Origin: Octopus sinensis
Taxonomy: Eukaryota
Reading direction: 5' to 3'
DNA: 64,000 nt
Assembly: GCF_006345805.1 (NCBI RefSeq)
Contig: NC_043002.1
Location: 73,408,001 to 73,472,000, forward strand
Shown piece after piece: positions 1-11,936 of the stretch (position 1 is its first letter; each line of letters begins with the position of its first letter). A program made the translations under genes and the position numbers. The notes below the pieces were generated by a model. The model was not told the DNA's origin, made no database searches, and saw only the letters and a list, made by a program, of their open reading frames with translations.

Positions 1-960
1 AAGTTTGGTATTATTGAAGCTGACTAAGGGAATGTCTAAGTGAATTTTGGCTGGGGTCGTTTACAGGGGCTACTGTAGAATAAATAAGTAAATATAGTGT
101 GGTACCCTGTAAATACATTTAAACAGAGTCAAAGAAAAAGATGTAGGAGTGGTATCAAATTAAGAAATTGTTAGGAGAGGGAGGTGGAAGGTAATGGTTT
201 TGGGCAAGGTGGGGACGTAATACTTAGGTAAGTTAGTGATTTATCACTTAATTTTTAAACTATATAAGCACATATTAGCGTGCATGCGCGTATTTTTTGT
301 GCACCTGTAGTATCAAGTAGATGAGTATGCGCGCGTGAGCAGTGTATATTTTCATGTACTGAAGGAAGATTATGGGAAATGAAAAATATAAAGTTTATAA
401 GATAAATAAATAAAATAAAAAATATTAAAAAATTAAAAGTAAAATAGTTCAAAAATTATAAAGGCAGTTAAAAAGTTGTTAGACATAAATACATAGAAGA
501 GCTGCAAGTAGGGACAGAGAAATAGTTAGGGAATGACACGGGAGGTGAGTAGAGAGAATGGGGCGCTGTTATTTATACTTTGAGAATTTGTTGCATAATC
601 TAACTTGGTTATTAAAAGTCAGATTATTTCGTTCGTTCAAACAATAGATCGCACTTGCTGTTATAGCCGTTATACTGTTTAGCATAGGTGACTATGGAAC
701 ATTTAAAATTATATGGAATTGAGTTTTGTTTAAGGTTGTGAATTAGCTGAGAAAAAGATGTGCTGTTAGTTCTTACTTGGGGTTTGAAGCTAGAATAGTG
801 GTTGCCTACTCTGGCTTTGAAGGTGATGCTGCACGAACCGATGTATACATAACTGGAAATCTCAGCTGATACGTTATTGGATGTACCAATTTTCATATGA
901 AATATTCCTGAATATTGGTTCTTTAAATATTAATGACTTGTAAGGGACATGAAATTTCGT
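1..960 (-). mobile_element. Penelope-like retroelement 3' fragment (GIY-YIG endonuclease remnant plus 3' region)
   Basis: ORF 624-896(-) contains VYIGSCSITFKARVGNHYSSFK...TSFSQLIHNLKQNSIPYNFKCSIV, the GIY-YIG pattern typical of PLEs. Boundaries are approximate. Confidence 0.75.
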
Positions 961-1327
961 TATGCAACAATAATACACTTCAAAGTATATTAAGCATTTT
1001 TATAAGTCAATACCGTGTACTACTGTGTTAGCAGTGCTCTTAAATCACGTATTAAGGTCATCTCTACAAATTTTCCATAGAAATTATAGCCAGCACTGAT
1101 TTTGTTATGATGTTTCATATTCGAGTCAGGAAATGGCACAGACTTGGATTCGTAGAATAATCTTTTATAATGCATAATTCGTACATATATTCACCTGAGG
1201 AAAACGGTTTTTTTTTCGCATAATGTAATAACTCTATTCATCAATAAAAACAAGTCTGAAACAGCTGTAGTGAGTGAAACACTATCCATCTGTTGTTATT
1301 TGTTTACACACACGCACAACACGCACG

Positions 1328-1374
<47 letters not shown>

Positions 1375-1429
1375 GTTTATGAATTTATGTTTTAAGATTC
1401 CTGATGTGAAACAGTGTGTTGAAATAGCT

Positions 1430-1763
1430 ATTGTTATATTTTGGGACGGTCATTATTTTTTGCCAAATAAACACCTCCGGAAATCTTTCGTCACACATCT
1501 GTGACCTCTTCAGCGATCTTTTTCATCCACGTGTATCCTCCTGCTCCGCCTAGCCCCCGCCTAGCCCATTCTCAGCACGGACTAGGCGGAGAAGGAGGAT
1601 ACACACGGATGGAAAGTATCGCTGAAGAGGTCACAGATGTGTGACGAAAGATTTCCAGACAATGGACATAAAATAAAATAAGAACAATAATAAACGATTG
1701 AAGAACGAATACACAGTGCGTGTGTTTATTTGGCAAAAAATTACCATCCCGTAATATAACAAT
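1430..1763. mobile_element. Foldback/MITE-like element with nested inverted repeats
   Basis: Outer arms 1430-1474 and 1722-1763 (attgttatatt..gggacggt..ttttgccaaataaacac). Inner arms of about 75 bp at 1479-1553 and 1582-1656. Confidence 0.65.
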
Positions 1764-1916
1764 ATGTGTGTGTCTGTACATATATGTATGTATCTCTGTA
1801 TATGTTTGTGTCTGTGTGTATTCTAATTAATCTTGTAAAATCACAGCGCTACACCTGTTTAATATATACACGAATTCTCCGAGATCACGTAACATTCTGT
1901 CGAGATGCAATGCCCC

Positions 1917-2075
1917 AACTTTCTCTCACTCTTTTTTCGTATTTCTTGAGTAACGCTGCGATGGACTGGCGTCCCGTCCAGCTGCGGGGAGCACATACGC
2001 CATAGAAACCGGGAAACCGAGCCCATGAGCCTGGCTAGGCTTGAAAAGGGCGCATAAATAAATAAATAAATAATA
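1917..2075 (+). mobile_element. SINE family B, 3' half
   Basis: gcgatggactggcgtcccgtccag...gcctggctaggcttgaaaagggcgcat(aaat)n matches the 3' half of the full copy at 21698-22010. Confidence 0.8.
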
Positions 2076-2829
2076 AACTTAATATTCTAATATTCTAACA
2101 AGAAAACTATATACAGTTAATTACGTCTCTTACCCCGAGAAAACTTTTTTCAGTAGACTCAATTCCTTTTACTGAAGATCGTGCAAAGTACGTGAAACTT
2201 TAGGTCTAAAGTTTCGAGCTATTTTAATAGATATATAATTTATTGTCAACAAATATATATTGTCTTACTTTCTAATACATTTCAGTGTATAACTGCGGGG
2301 AGAGAGGGGGAGTGAATGAAAGAAAGAAATAGAAAATAGGGGAGATAAGTATACAAAGAGCGCGAGAGAGAAAGAGAGAGAAAGACAAACAAAGTAAGAG
2401 AGAACAATGTAATAGGTATTGTGGTGCTGAGGTAATAGATTTAAAATGAGATGAGAGGAGACGACGAGGGGGATTGACACGAGAGAGAGAGAGAGAGAGA
2501 GAGAGATTATTTCCGTGAAGGTTTGTGTAAAAAGAAGGAAAAAGGCGTGCTTGGTTTATTTCAATATAATGGAAGAATGATATATACAGGAAAAGAGCGA
2601 GAAAGAAGCAAAAGCGTAATTGTGACATGCCTCCGAATAATATATCTATAGTGAATAGAATTACATGGATTATAAAGGTGTCCAATAACGTAATTTCTAT
2701 TATAGTGGGACTTTCTTAACAATGAAATTAAGAATAGAGCTACATCACATAACGGGAAATATAAATTGTACGCTTTCATTTCTATTCATCTCGAAGGCAG
2801 CTTTGAGAATTTAACAATCTGTTCCACAC

Positions 2830-2839
2830 TATATATAAG
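2830..2839 (+). promoter_or_regulatory. TATA box of gene 1
   Basis: TATATATAAG lies 39-48 nt upstream of the signal-peptide ATG at 2878, with an Inr-like GCAGT at about 2870-2874. Confidence 0.6.
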
Positions 2840-2877
2840 TCTACTCTCAATCGAGAAGATTGACCAAGTGCAGTGCT

Positions 2878-2950
2878 ATGACTTCAATCATGCAGTTCGC
2901 AGCCATTTTCGCGCTTCTTGGCGCCATTCTGTACCTTCCAAGTTGCCACG
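2878..2950 (+). CDS. Gene 1 exon 1: signal peptide MTSIMQFAAIFALLGAILYLPSCH(+G, phase 1)
   Basis: ATG, a hydrophobic core and a small-residue cleavage region, then donor CACG|gtgggt. Phase 1 joins in frame to exon 5146 (G+CA = Ala). Confidence 0.8.
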
Positions 2951-3099
2951 GTGGGTATATTATGATGATGACCAATGCCATGTTCTTATTTGTTATGCAA
3001 ACCGATTTTAGTAATAATCTCTAATCAAGTACCTAAAATCTTCATAGAACATATGATTTTATACATACTTTTCATTACGTACATATACATATATATATG

Positions 3100-3131
<32 letters not shown>

Positions 3132-3178
3132 ATATGCGTGTATGTACGTATGTATGTATGTATACATGTATATATATA

Positions 3179-3242
<64 letters not shown>

Positions 3243-3289
3243 ATATATATATATATATAAATACATGTTTGTATGTATGTATATACTTT

Positions 3290-3644
3290 TTACTCTCTTT
3301 TACTTGTTTCAGTCATGTGACTGTAGCCATGCTGGAGCACAGACTTTAGTTGAGCAAATCGACCCCAGGACTTATTCTTTGTAAACCTAGTACTTATTCT
3401 ATCGGTCTCTTTTGCCGGTTGTTAAGCGATGTTGGGGAGACAAACACAGACACACATATATATATGTATATATATACCTATTTACGACGGGCTTCTTTCA
3501 GTTTCCGTATACCAAATCCGCTTACAAGGCTTTGGTTGGCCCGAGGCTATAGTAGAAGACACTTGACCAAGGTGTCACGCAATGGAACTGAACACGGAGC
3601 CAAGTGGTTCGTAAGCAAGCTACTTACCACACAGCCACTCCTAC
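3290..3644 (-). mobile_element. SINE family A (tRNA-derived, internal microsatellite) in gene 1 intron 1
   Basis: Reverse complement of the full copy at 17831-18292: head GTAGGAGTGGCTGTGTGGTAAG, B-box-like GGTTCCGTGTTCAGTTCC, tail CAGTCACATGACTGAAACAAGTAAAAG. Confidence 0.85.
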
Positions 3645-3659
3645 ATATATGTATGAACG

Positions 3660-3721
<62 letters not shown>

Positions 3722-3899
3722 AATATATATATATATATATAATATTATATTATATATTATATGTGTGTGCGTGTATGTGTGTATGTATGTTTTATATATG
3801 TGTATATATAGGTGTGTGCATATACATATTTTACATATATATATATGTGTGTGTGTATAGGTATCTATCTATACACACAGACACACACACACAGACAGA

Positions 3900-3953
<54 letters not shown>

Positions 3954-4638
3954 AAATAAAGATATAATCAAAAAATGATTATATCACTAGCCTAGTGCGT
4001 AACAGTGACCGTATAAGTAAAATTAATTTTTTTAAAACATATTTATAAAGTATAATTATAATTAAGGGCTGCTGGATGTGACCAGCGGCTTACACTAGAA
4101 GTAGATGCCAAATACCAACAACTCACTTAAGAACATATTTTAAGATATGTTCTTTATATTCAACCACAGGTCGAATGAGCGAGTAAATATGCAAACAATT
4201 TTCGTATAGCTCTATACCAAGAGATTTCATGCTCGGCGCTTCTTAGGGACCCATGCTATTGCGAAATAGTCGTTGAACCTATGCTAGTTTCATCTATCCT
4301 TTTGACAGGTTTTGTTTTAAATCCTGCTGTGTTTCTAGCAACTCTCTTCAGCCAGCAAGCTTAGTTGGAGTGCCAGTTTAGTCGAGGTCGACCCGACTAT
4401 GCAGCAGGTTGTACTGGACCCCATGTTACCAGGAGCACTCATGAATGACCTCACAAGTAACCTGGTATAAAATATAGAGACAAAATCGACTGGTACCTTC
4501 TTTATTGACCTCGAAATGATGAAAGCCCTAGCTGGCTTTGGTGGAGCACATGGGGATAAATCAAATGCAAAAGATTCTCTCGGATGTTCTATCGATTCTG
4601 CTAATTTACCATCTTTAAATGTTTTCCTTTAGAATATA

Positions 4639-5033
4639 CTAGCAGTATCGCCCGGCGTTGCTCGGGTTTGTAAGGGAAATAACTATATAAGCATTTTTAG
4701 AGATGTAAAGTATAATAGCCATCTCAATATGGCTAACCACAAAGGGGGGTGTTACTGTAGCTTTTTACGTTCTGAGATTTAATAATTAAGTTTTAGAGAG
4801 TTACTTCCCTTATATATGCCAAAAATGCATTAAAAATGGGAAAACTTAATGGTAATTTTTTTTTTAAATCGTAGACTCATCGTAGACGCGCGCTAATACC
4901 CAGAAGGGCTCGATATGAATCATGACTATAAGATACCCGGTTTTGGTTAAACTGCACCGCAAAATGTGGGAGTAGTTAGGAATCTAAATCGTAGGAGACA
5001 GACAGCACACAACCTCACTTTTATATATAAAGA
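4639..5033 (-). mobile_element. Non-autonomous Helitron
   Basis: On the minus strand it starts TC and ends CTAG, is inserted between A and T, and has a subterminal hairpin cccggcgttgctcggg. It shares its termini with 56776-57167. Confidence 0.7.
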
Positions 5034-5145
5034 TTTCATTCAAACTTCTTACACGTCATTTAGTATTTTTTCTTCTTTCCAATTTTGTTTTTGAGTTATC
5101 TGATTATATAAAATGATTAACAAAATGTTGCTTACTCTTCTTCAG

Positions 5146-5190
5146 CATCTGCCTTACACTCATCTGCGATGAGGCAACTCGTGGCTACAG
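5146..5190 (+). CDS. Gene 1 exon 2 (45 nt): (A)SALHSSAMRQLVAT(+G), pro-region
   Basis: Acceptor cttactcttcttcag|, donor ACAG|gtaagt, phase 1/1, in frame with both neighbouring exons. Confidence 0.85.
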
Positions 5191-5286
5191 GTAAGTTTTG
5201 TTTAAGATGTGTTGTTAATACAACGCGTTAATACATGATCATAGATGCATTCATCCTCAACAACCCCATGAAACATATATAGTTTA

Positions 5287-6014
5287 CTAGCATTATGACC
5301 CGTCGTTGCGGGTCATAGTGCTAGTGCATGTATATATGTGTACATATATGTGTACATAATACATGTACATCTATATATATACATCTACACATAAAATACA
5401 AAATACAAAGTTATATCGTGATATCGCTAGTGATAACAATACTCAAAATATATAACAGACTGGAATTGTAGGCCCCGTCTCTTGCAATTTCTATCAATTG
5501 TATCTTGTGCTCCCTCAAGTATAGAAGTGTGGCCACAATCTAGCCTACCTCTACTTCTGGAGGGACATTTTTAATTTTTATCCGGGACGTCCTACGTCCC
5601 AGATATAAAGGTAAAAATAAAATATTTCCACTTTGCAAGGTTCGAGTCGAGTAATTTTATTTTATTTTTAATTTATTCCCATTCATGTGAAACTACTTAT
5701 TCAAGTTCAAGTCATTGATGCAATTTTATACCAATTGCTATTTTTACTTTTAATTATGTTACGATTTAATTTAGTTTGCTTTTAATTATTACTTACTACA
5801 TATAATTCAATTGTTATTATTATCTCTAATTATTATTGTTAAAGTGAAAGTATCTGACATAAAATAGAGAAATATTTTTGTTTCACTTTTAACACGTAAT
5901 ACTGAAATAGTGGAGAAGACATGATATTGCTATGAAACCCCATGGACCCTAAGTAAGGCATGTGTAAAATTTGAATAAAATTGGTTGTGTAGTTCTCAAG
6001 TTTTAGGGAAACAC

Positions 6015-6049
<35 letters not shown>

Positions 6050-6077
6050 CACATTCTCAGTTTTATATATATAGAGA
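5287..6077 (-). mobile_element. Non-autonomous Helitron
   Basis: A|CTAG...GA|T on the plus strand, a 16-bp terminal hairpin CTAGCATTATGACCCG/CGGGTCATAGTGCTAG, and a (CAGA)n tract near the 5' TC end. Confidence 0.7.
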
Positions 6078-6326
6078 TATTTGCAGTGTTACCTTTGCAG
6101 ACTACAAAAATGTCGAACTGGTACCTTTCCCTCGATTGCGGATGAAACCAACTGAAACTTCACTTTCCAGAAACTTGAAAAAGTAGTTTATTACAGCCAG
6201 ACCATATACGATGCACTGTTGAAGTAAATGCTGCCCGCTGGCCTTTTCAGAAATGACCTAAAAGACGTTCACCGTTTGAGATATCTTCTCACTCACTCAT
6301 TAAAATCGCTGAGGCAACTTATCGGT

Positions 6327-6629
6327 TTATTTTATTTATTTATGCGCCGTTTTCAAGCCTAGCCAGGCTCACGGGCCCGGTTTCCCGGTTTCTATGGCGT
6401 ATGTGTTCCCCCCAGCTGGACGGGACGCCAGTACATCGCAGCGTTACTCAAGAAACAGGAAGAAAGAGTGCGAGAATGTTGGGGCGAAAGAGTACAACAA
6501 GGGTTGCCACCAACCCCTGCCGGAGCCTCGTGGAGCTTTAGGTGTTTTCGCTCAATAAACACACATAACGTCCGGTCTGGGAATCGAAATCGCGAGTCCG
6601 CTGCCCTAACCACTTGGCCATTGCGCCTT
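6327..6629 (-). mobile_element. SINE family B, full length
   Basis: Reverse complement of 21698-22010, with a tRNA-like head (TGGCCAAGTGG A-box, TTTCGATTCC B-box) and a (TAAA)n tail. Confidence 0.85.
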
Positions 6630-8071
6630 CACAACTTATCGGTTGCTGATATGATATTAAGGGGTCTCTGTGATGAATGATAGAAATCTTCTATTTTAAC
6701 CTGACCGTTTGCTATTGCATCAGCATAAACACTAAAAACAGTTAAACTTAGATTTCAAATTAAAACTAAAACTCACATTAGCTGTCTGATATAGCAACTT
6801 GAAAAGACACCAGTTTGCTGACAAAATTGTTCACGATAGCTAATCCAACACCAGCTTAGCTGGTGCAATATCCTCCTTGCTAACCAACAGAAGCTGTTGT
6901 TTTGCTTATGTAACTTACCCTATCCTCCCAGTCACTTTTGTGTCAGTGCTGTGATATCTATACTATAGTACATTACTTCCTTAACAATCGCAGTTCTTCG
7001 TTTTTGGCTCCCCATATGATAGTGGAAACGTTGAAAAATACAGCCTATGGTTATAGAAACACAACGAAACATAACTAAGACGCTGTTTTCGTCAATTACA
7101 ATAACTAAAGCTATTCTGACCATCCGGGGACTATCAATTTGACACATCTTTCATTAAGAAGACACAACCAATTCTTGCTTTTGATGCTATAGTACGTTAC
7201 TCAGAAATGAACAATGTCAATCATCTGTGAAGATAGGGTAATCACCATGCAGATTTTAATCTGTTAATCACGATATTCCGCACTATAACATCATTTTGTA
7301 ATACAATCAAGTTTCCTAGTTTTGTCATTGAGAGAGACGGTTGCATCTATACTTACTTTAAGTACCGCCTATTGTTCTTATATCGTATTGATATAATGTT
7401 AAATGTTATATTGCTCCAGCAATATTTATAAATTACCGTTGTCTTTAAGTGTTTATTCGTCACTCGCGTTGCGTAATTTATAGCTTCGGGTTTTGGTAGA
7501 CGTGTGAAAAGAACAAATTATTGACGGGATAGTAATTAGGTTTGACAATATTTATAATATTTAAAAAATAGAAACGTTTACACCGATAATTTAGTTCTAC
7601 AGATGCAATGCTTAGACACATTGTTAGTGTTGTATCCTGGAATCACTGGGTGTTTTGTGTCTTAAAACATACTACATCACCCAGGCGATCCGACCCAGGT
7701 TAATCAAGACTCGGTTATGTCTACCATGTAACATTCTGCTGACATCGATGATCATCCCATTTCAGTCAGAGCCATCTAGACGCTTTAGCAGAAGCCTCTA
7801 CGCTGTTCTTTATGGATTTTCTTCCGCTTATTTCTGTTATGCTCTGGTCCCCACAAGCGATACTCATGAAACAACCTGTGATCCTTCAACTGCCAACTTT
7901 CTGTGATAGACAGCTGGTTCTACACCAATTCTTGTGACAATCTTCGATTAACTCCTGCTACTTAAACTTATCCTGTTTGTTAACTATAACGAATTATGTC
8001 ACACCCGTAAAAATGTATGTTTGAACCCAAACCCGATAATTACAGACTGTTTTTCTTCATTTCATATATAG

Positions 8072-8277
8072 ATGCTGAGCCCCAAGTTAATCCTATAGCT
8101 GTCATTGAAGGAGCAGGCACCGTTCTGGATGTCCTTGATAAAGGTAGAGAATTTTTCAAAAATGTAAAGACAACAGATTTCATGAAAACCAAAGTAATTC
8201 CCTATCACTGTGACTTAGCTCCAAGTCTTGGAAAACTGGATGTAGAAGCGTTTAAATCAATGGACCACCATTTAAAG
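8072..8277 (+). CDS. Gene 1 exon 3: DAEPQVNPIAVIEGAGTVLDVLDKGREFFKNVK...IPYHCDLAPSLGKLDVEAFKSMDHHLK
   Basis: Acceptor ttcatatatag|, donor AAG|gtaaaa, phase 1/0. Clear homology to exon 38608-38795. Confidence 0.9.
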
Positions 8278-8549
8278 GTAAAAAAATTCGTCTTATCTAC
8301 TAGACGTTACATTTTCTAAATTGTTATTTTTAGCTGGAAAATAATTCACATTTCTATTGAGTAGCATAATGATAGTCAAATGAAAGAAGTACGCTGTGAT
8401 TTTGTTATAACATTTGATTTAACATTATGACCAAGAAAATACCTCTTGCTCTTCTAAACTTAAAATACGCACGGATGAGTCCGACTATACTGAAATTCAT
8501 TAATCTACATTGAAGCCCTTTACATACTGACATATGGATGATTTTACAT

Positions 8550-8584
<35 letters not shown>

Positions 8585-9457
8585 TCATTTCAAAATGTAA
8601 CCACATGTGGATCGTTGGCGACTTTTTCCCTTCGTCTTCCTTTTCTCTTGGACTTTGCTTTGTCTCCTGTTTCTGAAGAAGAGCTTTGCTCAAAACGTAA
8701 AACTACCTTTCTTTCCTTCTCTGAGCATCTGCTAATACTTTGCATGTACCATGTCCACGCGTTGTTGTATTTTTCTTGTGTTTTTTCTTCGTTTTTTTTT
8801 TTTTTTACTGGGAATTAATTATGTTATACATGTATATATATATCTTCAGTTGAAATTGTGAATTTAAACTTGGTAAAGTCCCCAAGATGACTAAAGAACT
8901 AAAACTGAAGATATTAAAGTTTTAAAATTTACTAAAAGATGATCTTTTGTTTGTTCGAACAGAGAAAACTGTAGTATTCCTAGAATAAAAAGGACCTTTA
9001 CATTTTCGAATACTCAGGGAGAAAGGAAAGGATAGGTATTCACGGAAGTGAATACCTATCCTTTTGTAGTTTTTAAAACTGATTGTGTGTGCGTTCGAAA
9101 TCTGTAGATATGTAAGTTTCTTAACTTATTTTGAGGTAAATTTTAAATACTCACAGGAAATTGTAGATATTCCAGTTTTTGAGAGTTATCTTTTCCTTGT
9201 GCTGCTGGGGTGTATAAGAGTTGCTGTATCTTCGGCTGCTGACTGGTCAGACTAGCGAAGAACACGTCCAGCCTCTGCCAAGGTTGGCGCTCTTATTATT
9301 ATTATCATCATCATTATTATTATTATTATTATGTCTCTTTATCACAGGTTTTGTTGGATATCCTGGAGTCTTACATGCGTAGCGGGTTGGCCACCTGCAG
9401 CCTACGATACCATACTATCTATTCTTTCCAGCTATCTAATACTTTCCTCATTATTAT

Positions 9458-9551
<94 letters not shown>

Positions 9552-9889
9552 TTGGAAACATCTTTCAGTTTCCATCTACAAATCCACTCAGAAGGCTTTG
9601 GTCGGCCCGTGGCTATATTAGAAGGCACTTTCCCAAGGTGCCACGCAGTTGGACCGAACCTGAAGCCATGTGGTTGGGAAGCAATCTTTTTATCACAAAA
9701 CCGAAAATATTGATTTCTCTCGTTGACACAATGTCACTGAAACACTGATTTTTTTAGACGCAATGGAAAACTATGTAAAGGAAAATTGATGGCTGCTGTA
9801 AAGTCTCCTATTGTTGGTTATTTTTTTATTGGCTCCTGGCAAAGGAAAGACAAATATTAATTGTTGATGCTGTTCATTATATTGCTTAG

Positions 9890-10090
9890 GTTTTGATTGG
9901 AACAACGAAATATAAACTAGAAAAGTTGATCCGAGAAGAAGGCAAATCAAATGTAAAATTCGAACGCTACATGTCTGCTATGCTGCAAAATCATTTTGCT
10001 GAGAAAAAAGAAAATGGTTATGAATATAGAAATAAGCTTTTGAATTTTGAATATAAAGGAATTTCAACAGGACGTGACCAGCAAAATGTG
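9890..10090 (+). CDS. Gene 1 exon 4: VLIGTTKYKLEK...FERYMSAMLQNH...GRDQQNV (67 aa)
   Basis: Acceptor attgcttag|, donor GTG|gtaaga, 201 nt, phase 0/0, open frame. Confidence 0.88.
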
Positions 10091-10861
10091 GTAAGATTCC
10101 TATGAAATATTATCAAACTTTAAAATGCATTAATTTTGTCAGCGCATCTACTATGTAATACCATGCAGCAGTTTATTTACCAATTGAAATTATTCGAAGC
10201 CCTTCAAAATTGCTAGGAATCAAAATCTTACTACCAAAAGACAAATGAAGGAGGTGGGAGTGAGATGACAGAAAAACATTTCAAAGTTCACCATAAAACA
10301 AAATATTGTGATAGTGAATAAAGTGATTAAGTAGTAATTTAACAACCATCCAGTTTCACGATTTGAAAAGCAAAAACTTACTTGACTATTATATGCTATG
10401 TAAATTTAAGGCGTTGTTAAAAGACATTACTGTAAGCCCCAGTACAGCATCCTCAATGATAATGTAAAATCATAAGGACATATGTATGAGTGTGTGCGCC
10501 TGTATTAATAGTTTGTGATCTTAAAACTGCATTACACAAAGTTTCACAGACGCAAAAAATGTCTCACTCTTCAGACGATTTCGATTTAATAATGAGGCAG
10601 CTGGGAATTCTAAGAAAAACTGGACGACACATAAAAACTGTGCCTCTTAATTAGTTCAGTTCATACAACATAGGACTGTTGGGCGTCTGCTAGGTGCTGT
10701 AACAGCTGCTCGTTGAAGAGTAACTTTGATGCAAAAGATACGAGTACTCTCCCTTGTATACAATTTCAGTAGGTTTTTTATAACATTTCAGAAAAGTCAT
10801 GCTTGTGCTTACAGCTATGGTTTAAAATTACCTAATATTACCTAAAATTACCAAATCAGTG

Positions 10862-11156
10862 ATGACAGCTCCATCGAGATTAGTGTGTTCGTTAAGAGAT
10901 ACTGTGGGCTGACTTCAAGGGAAAATTCACCCAGTATATGTACTTTTTCAATTCCAAGGAAAGAGAAACCGCTGCCTCCTTATTTTGTCTAAAGAGTCTG
11001 AGACAAAAGAAATGAGCGGCGAAGAATAAGTTGGAGTATACATAAGACGCCTCCTTATTTGTCTTCCTTGAGAAACATTGCTCTACCATCGCCAGATTTG
11101 GAAAGTGACTTGGTCTGAGTTGACGTTTAGAAACTAATACTATTCCCAAACTGTTT
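10862..11156 (+). pseudogene. Decayed THAP-domain remnant (DNA transposon relic) in gene 1 intron 4
   Basis: Stitching across frameshifts and stops gives MTAPSRLVCS..CGLTSRENSPSICTFSIP...K*AAKNK...SLFV.LEKHCS...RLETNTIPKLF, following the THAP order C-C-F-P-W-C-H-F-AVPT. Confidence 0.45.
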
Positions 11157-11821
11157 CATCATGCAAGAGAGACGATATCCATTTAAATATAAATGTATAG
11201 AGATATGGTGACTTTTATCTTAATTTGTGATAGCATTATATAATACAACGTGTCAAAGACTTTTGTCGTACGTCTACAACGTTTTCATTGACTATTCCAC
11301 TTCAACTGTTGTGAATTAGCTGTTTACCCAAAAGCAACAAAGAAATTCTACAATTAAAAAAAACAAAACATTTAGCTGAAACAAAATATCACACATGCGC
11401 AAATTCAAGTATATCTCAAAAATATGGATATAGGAATGATATTCGAGGACTTGCATATCACAGGCATACTCCGTCTAGCAGTTCTTCTCCAAGAAGACAG
11501 CTTCTCAGAAGTAAAGAATGACTGTTATAATAAATGCATTTATGTATATTATGATACTTTGAGAAATATCTTTAGTTTTAAATTAGGTTTGCTTTGAACA
11601 TTACTTGAAATGCAGCAGAGAGTTATATGAATTGAAATTTTCTTTAGATTAACTTTCCTTTCTAGACAACAGCGCTAATGCCAAGGCACTGCTAAACTGA
11701 TTCTCTGTCACAGCCATGAAGAACTGCCTTTGTCTCGATAGCATTGACAAAAAAAGAACTTTTATTAATTAACTAACGACACCAGTTGCCTCCATCGAAA
11801 CAACGATATATATATATATAT

Positions 11822-11936
<115 letters not shown>

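Noticed and set aside
2975-3954. ORFs rich in YI/TH/CV/LSIY repeats (here and throughout the window)
   Set aside because: They are translations of (TA)n, (CA)n, (GATA)n and (CATA)n microsatellites, with no coding signal.
4281-4308. ATG-LVSSILLT-G|gttttg as the gene 1 signal exon
   Set aside because: Weak donor and short hydrophobic stretch. 2878-2950 has a TATA box, a full signal peptide and a better donor in the same phase.
5169-5190. ATG in exon 2 (MRQLVAT) as the gene 1 start
   Set aside because: The exon has a strong upstream acceptor and is in frame with the signal exon. It could at most give a minor cytosolic isoform.
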